This document shows positions 37,307 to 47,156 of a stretch of DNA of 48,275 nt, piece after piece (the first letter of the stretch is position 1; the number at the start of each line of letters is the position of its first letter). Made by a program: the position numbers and the translations under genes. Below the pieces are notes generated by a model. It had not been told where the DNA came from. It made no database searches and was given only the letters and a program-made list of their open reading frames with translations. Source of the stretch: Emiliania huxleyi CCMP1516 (taxonomy: Eukaryota); the NCBI RefSeq assembly GCF_000372725.1, contig NW_005201381.1, forward strand, positions 36,814 through 85,088, in the 5' to 3' direction.

Positions 37307-38263
37307 TCAGACCCCGAGGGGCCCCGCCGCGCCCACTTGCTCGTGCACCTCGCCGCTCGGCAGGATGACCTTGAGCGAGCCGTCCGCAAAGACAATCTCC
37401 TTGAGGCCGTCAGCAAAGTGGCGCTCCACCTGGCCGTTCGGGAAGTGGTAGAGCTGCGTGCCGTCGGGCTCCGAGACCTAGCGCATGGATGCAGGCGAGG
37501 GAGGGGGTGGGGGACGGCCTCTCGAGCCCCTCCTCACGTCAACCCACCGAGCAGCTGCCTGCCGTCGAATACGGTCGCCTCCTCGAGTGCCAGCTGGAGT
37601 GCGAGAGGCAGCTAAGTCCCGCATCTAGGGCTGCCGAGACGTGCGTGGTCTCTGCCTCTGCGTGGTAGTAGACGACGCGCCGCGAAGTCGCCGTCTGCTT
37701 GACGTCGCCGTTGCAAAAGAAGACCGTCTGCAGCCCGCTCGGCAGCACGTCCTTGCGCGTGCCCGTCGCGTACAGCACCTCGCACCGGCCGGAGCGGTAG
37801 AGCCTCTCCACCTTGCCGGCGGCCAACCTCGGGTCATCTCGGTGTCATCTCGGGTGCTCTCGGTTCATCTCGGTGTCATCTCGGGTCATCTCGGGTCATC
37901 TCGGGTCATCTCGGGGCATCTCGGGGCATCTCGGGGCATCTTGGGTGCTCTCGGAGAATCTCGCGTGCTCTCCACCTTCCCGTCGGCATGCGAGTCCTCC
38001 TGCACCGGCCGCCCCTCCTCCACAGGCAGCGGCTCGAAATACGGGTTCGCAGACAGGACCGCACACCCGTGATCGCGGCTCATCCCGTGCAGCCGCTCGG
38101 CGGTGGCCGCCGCCGCCGCCTCGGCCGCCGCCTCGGCCGCCGCCTCGGCCGCCGCCGCCGCCTCGGCCTCTGCCCTCGCCTCCGCTGCCGCCTCCGCCTC
38201 CGCTGCCTCCGCCTCCGCCGCCTCCGCCTCCGCCGCCTCCTCCTCCGCCGCCGCCTCCTCCTC

Positions 38264-38308
<45 letters not shown>

Positions 38309-41300
38309 CGCCTCCTCGTCCTCCTCCTCCTCCTCGTCCTCCGACCGGAGGTACCTAATCTCGGGTCATCTCGGGTCGTCTCGGGCAATCTCGCCCTCCT
38401 CGTCCGACCGGAGGCGGCACTCGGACGCGTCGTACGCCGCCGTGATGCCGACGCCGCCGCCAAGTCTGCCGCGACCGTACTCACCGCTGCCGCGACCGCA
38501 CTCGCCGCTGCCGCGACTGTGCTCGCCGCTGCCGCGACCGTGCTCGCCGCTGCCGCGACCGTGCTCGCCCGAGACGAGGCGCGACGGGTGCCTGTGCGTC
38601 AAAGTGAGGCATGGCCCCCTCCCCCCCCTCCCCCGCAGGGATGCCCCCCCCCCCCCCAAATGGGCGGGAAGACGGTCTCGCGCAGTGCACCCGCGGACCG
38701 CGTGAATACGCGGGCTTCGAACACGGCGGCGCAGCATCTAGGGAAAGGCACCCGCCCGCCCCGCCCGCAGCGCCCGCACACGACGCGTCGACGATGCGCC
38801 GCGCGGAAACGTATGTATATGTACATCGCTCCGGCGGGGGCTTGCGCGCGGCGTCGCGAGGCTGCGCCGCGGCAGGGGGGGCAGCGGCGGTCGCTGCAGC
38901 GAGGCGCGCCCCGCCGCCGCCGCCGGAGCCCAAGCAGGCGCGGCGGCCGATCGCCTGGGAGAGGAGCTCAGAGGAGGCTCAGAGGAGGCTCGGAGACGGG
39001 TCGTCGGGGCGCGGCGGCCACTTGCCTGCGATGCAACGACGCCGCCACCGCCGCCGCCGGCCGTCCCTCGGCGAGGGGGCGCGGGCGCCTAATCTCGGGT
39101 GATCTCGCGTGATCTCGGGGCCATCTCGGATGCCCCCCGGCGGTGGACGCGAGCCGCCGGCGCGGGCGGCGCGGGCGGCCCTGCCGGCACCCACGTCTGG
39201 CTCGGACCGGGCAGCCAGGCGGTGCCGAGGCGGGCTCGCTCGAGGATACGCACCTAAGACGAGGTGAGGTAAGGCCAGGCTTCTCCACACACACACACAC
39301 ACGCGCGCGCGCGCGGGTGGCGGGGCACGGGTGGCCAGGCAGACCTCGCGGCTCCGCGTCTAAAGACAGGAGCCGGCGCGGCGTTCAACGGTGCAGGGCC
39401 CAGAGCGCGTGGGAGGCGCACACCTCTTCCTTAAGCTCGCCAACCTCCGCCTGGGAGGACGCCACCTGCCTGTGCAGCCGCTCGGCCGCGAGGCGCCAGC
39501 GAGATTCCTTTGCCTTGCCGTCGGCTCGCGCGGCCTCGAGCTCCCTGCGCAGCGCCTCCACCTCCTCTCGCTCCTTGCGATCGGGCACCTGGGGGCGGTG
39601 GGGGCGGTGGGGCGGTGGGGGCGGTGGGGGCAGCGGAGGCGGTGGGGGCGGCGGTGGGGGCAGCGAGGGCGGTGGGGGCGGTGGGGCGGCGGCGGCGGCG
39701 GCGGCGGCGGCGAGGGGCGGCGGCGGCTGTGGGAGTGGGAGTGGCGAGGATGGTGGGCGGGCGGAGCTCTTCAGAGGGCTCTCTACCGAGTCGGCACCTT
39801 GAGCAGCGCCTTTGCCTCGGGTAATCTCGGGTAATATCGGGTAATATCGGGTAATCTCTGGTAATCTCGGGTAATCTCGGCACCTTGAGCAGCGCCTTTG
39901 CCTGCCGCTCGAGGACCCTCCTCTCGCGCACGAGCCGCGCCGTCTCGCGCGCCTTGTCCGAGTCACGAACTAATCAGTCGATTGATGAATGAGTTCCCTC
40001 AGTCAAGCCGCGCCGTCTCGCGCGCCTTGTACGCCTCGAAGGCAGCCACCTGAGGGGAGGCGAGGTGCACGTCGCCTCCTCCTCTCACTCTAAGAGGTGG
40101 TGGGGCAAGGGCCAGGCAGTCCCTCGCGACTCCACAGCATTGAAAGTGCAAGGCCCAATGCGCGTGGGTGAGCGATGTGTGCGCGCGCGCGTGTGTGTGG
40201 TGATGTGTGTCTGAGTCTGTGTGCGGCCACCTCCTCCGCCTGCCGCTGCTGCTCCGCCCGCAGCGAAGCGGACCCTGACTGCTGCGCGAGCCGCAGCGCT
40301 GCCTGCAGCTCCGCAACCCTCGTCCGAAGCGCCGCAGCCTGTGGACATCTCTCCGACAGCTTATGGACGCGTCATGGACACGTCCAACCCTCGCCTCCGA
40401 GCGCCGCTGCCTCCGCCCCGGCCGCCTGTGCCGCCGCCCGAGCCTCCTCTGCCTCCCGCGCCGCCGCGGCGTCCTCAGCGGCGTGGCTGTCGCCGCCCTC
40501 CGGCGGTTGGGCGCGAGCGGGCGGCGAGGAGCAGGAGGGCACGCTGGAGAAGGGCACGTGCCTCCCCCCCCCCCCTCCTCCAGAGCCGCCTCCGAGCTTA
40601 CCCGCGCCAAACAGCGCCGCCACGAGGGTCGACTGGGGCGGCGGCCCGGCGTCCTTGGTCGTCGCGCCCTGCAGCGGGAACGGCAAACTCTCTCTCTGTC
40701 TCTCTCTTCCTATCGCGGCAGCCGAGAGGCGGCGGCCGGCACAGCATGGAGGTACGAGGGTGTGTGAGACCGAGCCCGCTGACAGAGGGCCTTGCTTGTG
40801 TGCGCGCGTGTGTGCCGCTCCGCTGTGGCGGTCTCTCGCCCCGCAACGCCCGTCCACCGTCCTGGCGCGTGTGGTGTCTGTCTTCTACAAGTGTCTGTCT
40901 TTTGCCACGCAAGCCGCGCCTGCTGCTCGAGCGATGGCGGCGGCGGCGAGCCCGGATCGCTAGCCGGCGGCCCGGCCGAGGCAGCTCCCCAGCTGGCGAG
41001 CGGGGCGGGAGGCCGTGTCGACCTGGCGGAGGACGGCGAGGAGGAGGCGGCGGTGAGGACAGTGGCGGTGGTGGGGGCAGCGGCGTGAGGACAGCGCGGT
41101 GAGAGCAGCGGGGCGAGGGAGCATGTGGCTTGATCTCGGCTGCATCTCAGCTGGATCTCCGCTCCATCTCGGCAATCTCTCGCCTCAACGGCCGCAGGCG
41201 CGACGGCGAAGGAAGACGGCCTCGCGGGCTCATTGAGAACTCCGCAAACCCGTCGCTGTCGCTGCCGGCTTGGGCGTGGAGGCCGCCCGGGCTGTCGCCG

Positions 41301-41890
41301 GACTCGCCGTCGCCCACGTCGACGTCGCCGCAGCTCTCGCCGCAGCTCTCGCCGCAGCTCTCGCCGCAGTACCCGTGGCCGTGCTCGCGGCTGCTGGAGC
41401 CGCCGCCACCGCCGCCGCCGCAACCGCCGCCTCTCACCTCTGCAGGACGAGTGCCGCTCGGCGCGGGCGGCGGAGGTGGAGGAGGCTCTCCCGATCCCTC
41501 GGCAGGTCCCGCGGTGCACTCGGTCTGCAGAGTCTCCAACACGCGCGCTGAGAGCCGCTCGCCCTGTGCCGACGCAAGCTCCAGCGTTGGCGGCGCAGAG
41601 CCGTCACTGAAGGCGTCGACATCGCGAGCCGGCAGCACCGGCGAAAGCAGAGATGACTCGATCGCCTCAAAGTCGTCCGGCCTCGCCTCTGCCCGCCGGA
41701 CGGGAGAGTTTGGCGGGAAACTGGGCTCTCGATGCCTGCGCCGGGGCTGAGAACCAGGCCTCGCGCCGCCGCCGCCGATCGCCTTCTCTCGAGCGGCTTG
41801 CTTCTCCAGCGAAGCTCGCCGGGCCACGGCCAGCCCGCCCTTGTCGTAGCGCGAGGTGCCCTCGCCACGACGCACAAAGGTGAATGGCAT
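37307..41890 (-). CDS. CENPJ: Centriole protein SAS-4 / CENP-J (CPAP), multi-exon
   Basis: N-terminal tubulin-binding-like motif PFTFVRRGEGTSRY. Coiled coil RERRVLERQAKALLK|VPDRKEREEVEALRRE. C-terminal Tcp10/G-box GKVERLY...FFCNGDVKQ...VVYYHAEAETTH|VSEPDGTQLYHFPNGQVERHFADGLKEIVFADG. Stop at 37307-37309. Confidence 0.88.
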
Positions 41891-41906
41891 GCAACCGTTG
41901 TAATGC

Positions 41907-42146
41907 CAGGGTTCCGGCTCCTAGCCGGATAGGGGGTCTGCCGCCACTAACTCGCGCCAAAACGCCCTACCTACCTACCTATCCCCAGGCCGCGCAGCGA
42001 AGCGAAAAAAGATTAAAATAGCGGGTACCTACCTATTGCAGGGCCCTTTTGGGCGAAACAAGACCAACCTACCTACCTATCTGGGAGGGGCCAGCCAGTC
42101 AGTGGCAACAGACAGGCCCCCTATCCGGCTAGGAGCCGGAACCCTG
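41907..42146. mobile_element. MITE with 34-bp TIRs beginning CAGGG (hAT-like termini)
   Basis: CAGGGTTCCGGCTCCTAGCCGGATAGGGGGTCTG (41907-41940) vs reverse complement at 42113-42146 (1 mismatch). Internal (CCTA)n. No TSD seen. Confidence 0.75.
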
Positions 42147-42263
42147 GGGGGAGGCAAGATTCGAGAAAAAGAATTCTTGACCGCTCACAGCACACAGGAA
42201 AAGAATTCAAATCGCTTGCCTTTCCTTTGCGGAAAACGTATAGAGCTACATACTCGAGTAATA

Positions 42264-42568
42264 CACTTGAGCACTTGAGCACTGGATAGGGTCGATTCCG
42301 CATGGTACGGGACCCCTCGATCGTCTCGCCCTCACTGAGAGTTCTGTGGTCAACGGGCGTTCGACCACACCACCGGCCAAGGCTACGTCAAGTCACAGCG
42401 TGGCCACTACCATGACGGTTGACGGGATCTTCGGCAAACGAAACAAGTTCAACCTGCTTCTCCACGAGACATTCGGCGGTGGCTTCTCGCCGCCAGCAGT
42501 TGCAAAGCTGTTGCAAAGACCATAATGCGGATCGAATCGACCCTATCAAGTGCTCAAGTGCTCAAGTG
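42264..42568. mobile_element. MITE-like element with 35-bp inverted repeats (CACTTGAG units)
   Basis: 42264-42298 vs 42534-42568, 1 mismatch. No clear TSD. Confidence 0.65.
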
Positions 42569-43020
42569 CAAAGATCAACCGCCTTGCGCGCAAGGCTCAA
42601 CGCTCGGGCGTTGACCGCACCGCGTACCCTCCCCACTCCCGCCTCTCATTTGAGAGAGAGATTTTTAAAGACCAACAAGAAATCACGACTTTCACAGTGA
42701 TTTGTGTCACACCACGCGGAACGCATCTCCATCGCTTCGGTGAAGGGGGTGAACCGCGCCATCCTCGATCGCCGTGCAAAGCTCGCTCGCTTCCAAGCTC
42801 TCACGCCGCGCGTAGCAAGGGCCGTTAGGGGCCTAGAGAACACAACCCCCCCTCCCTTTTCTCCCAGTAAGTAAGCTAAAAGTACATACATACATACATA
42901 CACTGAGAGAGAGAGCGAATAAAAGTACGTACGTACTGGCGAGGTACTCCCACGCCTCTGTTTTTTGTCTGGCCGAGTCAACCCGAGGGCGAGCCTGGGC
43001 GAGACTGCGTCAGCTGTTCC

Positions 43021-43468
43021 TTGGCCTGTACGAGGGTTTCCGGCAACCCAGAGGGAAACCAGAGGGTCCCCAGCACTTTGCGTTTCCGGAAGTTTCCAGG
43101 GAAACCAGAGGGTGTTTGGTGCTCCATTCTGTTTCTCTCGAGTTTCCCTCGGGAAACTCGCGAGTTTCCCTGAGTCTGAGAGCTGGTCTGGGGCAAAATC
43201 TGGGGCAAAATTGAGGAAATCGGCACGATACCCAGGTATTTTCCAGGTATACCGGGGTTTTCCAGGTATACCCGCAAAATACCCGGTATTTTGCCGATTT
43301 TGGCCCCAAAACAGCCTCAGACACGGCTCAGAGCCCCCCCAAAATGACGAATTCCACGGAGTTTCCCCGGGGTTTCCCGAGGAAACTAGAGGGTGTTGTA
43401 GGGAAACGAGCAGGAAACACGGAAAGGAAACCAGGTAGGGTGCGAGAGGAAACCCTCGTACAGGCCAA
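43021..43468. mobile_element. Non-autonomous hAT element (448 bp)
   Basis: Perfect 21-bp TIR TTGGCCTGTACGAGGGTTTCC. 8-bp TSD GCTGTTCC at 43013-43020 and 43469-43476. Many GGAAAC/GTTTCC subterminal motifs. Confidence 0.92.
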
Positions 43469-43540
43469 GCTGTTCCCACAGCAGGCTGGAAGTGCCTCGC
43501 CAGCGTACGTACACTGAAAACCACAGAACCGCCCTTTCAA

Positions 43541-43906
43541 AGTGAGTCTTTCGGTAAGCGCGGGTTAGCGCGGGTTCCACACGGGTTAAGCCACACTAAC
43601 CCAGCACGGGTCAGCACGGGTTAGAACGGGTTACCATAACCCGACGCTAACCCGGCACTAACCCGGCACTAACCCGGCACTGAGACTAACCCATCCTAAC
43701 GTATGCCCTCGAGCAGCGCGGGTTAGCGCCGGGTTAGTCTCGGGTTAGTGCCGGGTTAGTGCCGGGTTAGTGCCGGGTTAGCGTCGGGTTAGCGTCGGGT
43801 TATGGTAACCCGTTCTAACCCGTGCTGACCCGTGCTGGGTTAGTGTGGATTAACCCGTGTGGAACCCGCCGCTAACCCGCGCTTACCGATACGCGATAGA
43901 CTCACT
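43541..43906. mobile_element. Foldback element built from 10-11 bp GGGTTAG-containing units
   Basis: Near-perfect inverted arms of over 100 bp from AGTGAGTCT to AGACTCACT around a short CATCCTAACGTATGCCC core. Confidence 0.85.
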
Positions 43907-45275
43907 CCATACACGCTCAACTTACCGATAACGGCGTTGCCGCGGAGAGCACCAAGGGGCAAGGTGCAGCCAAGCCGTCCGAGGGAGGGACTAACCCGGG
44001 TTAGCGCCGGGTTAACACACTGGGCAAATCGGCCGATTTCCCTCCCGCTAAATCATCACGGCCCCGTAACACCCTCCGCGCGCGGTCAAAGGCTTCCCAG
44101 GGCCGGTCCATGACATGAACCGATAGACACAAGCAAAAAAACCCGCACCTCTAAGCTTATCGGGCACCCCGAGGCCCATACGGCGCCCCGGCGGGCCCCG
44201 GCGGAGGTCCGGCGCGGCGCTCCAAATCCGCACTTCGCGAGCTTCTACGGGAGTTCACGCGGCCTCTCCGCCTCGTGAGGCACACCCCACACCCACCACG
44301 AGCCCTGGGGCCGTGGGCGGACCTTTGGCCGCGGCGTCCGGAGCTTTAGTCGTCGAATATCGGCCGCCAACTAGGCCGTCGAGCGAACGTGTCCGGAGAG
44401 GCTCTCGGATGGGTCCGGCAGCGGTGCCATGGACCCAGAAGCTCGCCCCGGCGGAGCACTCACGGCTCGACCCCCGCCCCTGGTCACCCAGACGTGCCCT
44501 TGGACAGCCGTAGGGGCTCGCATGACGACGTTGGCGCCCGCGACGACGCCCTCCCCGACGACGTCGCATCTGGCAGACTACTCGGGCGCGGCGGCGCGGA
44601 GGATCACATGGTTTGGGACTCTGAGCGATGGCAGAGGCCTTTAACTGCAAACGAGGACGCCCCGCGAGGCCCCGTTGGCCGGGAGTGGTGAGTGGGACCA
44701 TAAACAAGCACTATATCCCCTACCGCGACCAGCCCACACACAGCCCAAACCGCTGCCAAACCGGCCCTGGTCACGCCGGCCGGGAGGCTGCCGGGGCGCC
44801 CAAACAGTCCCTCACGAACGCCACACGGGCCACCACGGCCCGTCCGGCGGCCCGAGTGCCGCCCCACACCCGCCCGACGCCCTCGGCCAGCCAGCGCCCA
44901 CTCTGAGAGGCTTCACCGCCGCCAGCGCGCCGAGCGCGCCGCCCTCTCCTCGCGCCACACGGGCCCCTGGCCGCACGCCCGAGAGGCGGCCCATAATTTG
45001 AGTCGAGACGCGCCGCCGGCCAGCCAGCAGCTCGCCCGCCACCCGCAGAGTGCCGCCGCCGCCCCCAGCCCGCACTGGAGAGGCTCTCCCGGCCGCTAGC
45101 CGCTGTCGCGTCGCCCGGCGGCTGCGCTGGCAGCGTGGCGGTGAGGGCGGTGGGGGAGATGGCGGCGGCGGGCTGGGCGGTGGCGGTGAGGGAGGTGGCG
45201 GCGACGGGGGCGGGGGTGACGGTGGCGGCGGGCTCGGTGGCGGCGGCGAGGGCGGCGGCGGCGAGGGCGGCGGCG

Positions 45276-45925
45276 NNNNNNNNNNNNNNNNNNNNNNNNN
45301 NNNNNNNNNNNNNNNNNNNNNNNNNNNNNNNNNNNNNNNNNNNNNNNNNNNNNNNNNNNNNNNNNNNNNNNNNNNNNNNNNNNNNNNNNNNNNNNNNNNN
45401 NNNNNNNNNNNNNNNNNNNNNNNNNNNNNNNNNNNNNNNNNNNNNNNNNNNNNNNNNNNNNNNNNNNNNNNNNNNNNNNNNNNNNNNNNNNNNNNNNNNN
45501 NNNNNNNNNNNNNNNNNNNNNNNNNNNNNNNNNNNNNNNNNNNNNNNNNNNNNNNNNNNNNNNNNNNNNNNNNNNNNNNNNNNNNNNNNNNNNNNNNNNN
45601 NNNNNNNNNNNNNNNNNNNNNNNNNNNNNNNNNNNNNNNNNNNNNNNNNNNNNNNNNNNNNNNNNNNNNNNNNNNNNNNNNNNNNNNNNNNNNNNNNNNN
45701 NNNNNNNNNNNNNNNNNNNNNNNNNNNNNNNNNNNNNNNNNNNNNNNNNNNNNNNNNNNNNNNNNNNNNNNNNNNNNNNNNNNNNNNNNNNNNNNNNNNN
45801 NNNNNNNNNNNNNNNNNNNNNNNNNNNNNNNNNNNNNNNNNNNNNNNNNNNNNNNNNNNNNNNNNNNNNNNNNNNNNNNNNNNNNNNNNNNNNNNNNNNN
45901 NNNNNNNNNNNNNNNNNNNNNNNNN
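45276..45925. other. Assembly gap (650 N) flanked by GGC-rich (Pro-Ser-type) repeats
   Basis: N run. Confidence 1.
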
Positions 45926-46949
45926 CTTAGGGGGAGGGGGTGGGGGAGGGGATGAGGACGGTGAGGGCGGCTGGGGCAGACGGGAAGGCAGCACAGGCGA
46001 GGCGCGGCGCACCTCAAACTCGAGCGAGTAGCGGGAATATCACCCGCTGCTCCGGCGGGAGAGTGCTCCCCCGCCGCCCCCTGGGTCACCCCGAGTGACC
46101 TCGCAGCCCACGCCGTGAGGCGCTGCTGTCAGGGGGGTTTATCACCGCCGTATCCACCCCACACTGGCCGCCGAGGGGCCCGGCGGGCTGAGGCGCGCGA
46201 GGCGGCTTTCGCTCCCGCGGGGCGGCTCTACCCGTCTCAGCACGGCGTCCCGAGGTGTAGCCGTGTACCTGGCGGCAGGGCCATCACTCACACGCCTACT
46301 CGCGGCACAAGGGAAGGCGTGACGCGATCGCGAGAGGCGAGATGGGTGATGGCGAGACTGTCGTTTGGCCAGTTTGAGGCTGAAAGGATGACCGCGGACG
46401 ATGAGGGCGACGATTCATCGCGGCTACTGAGCAGGCAAGGTCCGGACCTACAGGATGGAGGGGCGAGTAGTGAGACTCGGGACCATATCTTCGCGTCGAG
46501 AGACGAAAATCCGGATTCTTGGCCGCCAGCGCCGCCGGCCGCCGAACGTCACTTAAGGGAACTGCGCGACGACGACGACATTACTGAGGTGCTGCTTTCA
46601 CCACCGCCCTTCTGGTGGTGTTTGCCGGTCGGGGGGGCGTCGGCAGCACCGCCGTTCCGCGCGGATGTTGCAAACGGTGGCTCGGGGCACCTATTTCGGC
46701 AGCCCCGGGGCGGGAGCCGAGGAGGGGCAGCCGTTGCGGTGGCGCCATTGCAGCTCGGCGGCGCGTGGGGAGCCGAGCGGCTCCCAGCGATCCCGCGAGA
46801 GAAGGGCCCGCATCCGTCACGGATGCCGCGCCCACGCTGCCCACGCAAGCGCCAGATGGGAGAGGAGGTTGGAAGCCTTTCTGCGCTTCGAGGTGCAAGA
46901 TAACTCCGGCGATATTTCAGCGGGAGGAAGCCAGGTGGGGTTTAGCCCA

Positions 46950-47156
46950 ATTAGTCTCGGGTTACCATAACCCATGCTGACGTATGCCCCCCAGCCGCAT
47001 GGGTTAGTGCCGGGTTAGTGCCGGGTTAGTGCCGGGTTAGTGCCGGGTTAGTGCCGGGTTATGGTAACCCATTCTGACCCGTGCTGACCCGTGCCGGGTT
47101 AGTGAGCACTAACCCGCGCTAACCCGCGCTTACTGATAGACTCACTTCAAAGCCCT
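46950..47156. mobile_element. Second, left-truncated copy of the GGGTTAG foldback element
   Basis: Similar core (CATGCTGACGTATGCCC), (GGGTTAGTGCC)x5 and right end GATAGACTCACTTCAAAGCCCT. Confidence 0.85.

Noticed and set aside
44771..46089. ORFs of 300-425 aa crossing the gap
   Set aside because: Artefacts of translating Ns.
46115..46903. 262-aa plus-strand ORF
   Set aside because: No identifiable domain. It may be a transposon remnant, but nothing diagnostic is visible.
43541..47156. True telomere or a single 3.6-kb transposon spanning the gap
   Set aside because: Units are 10-11 bp and inverted, not tandem TTAGGG. The first copy already has both arms, and no TSD matches across the span.
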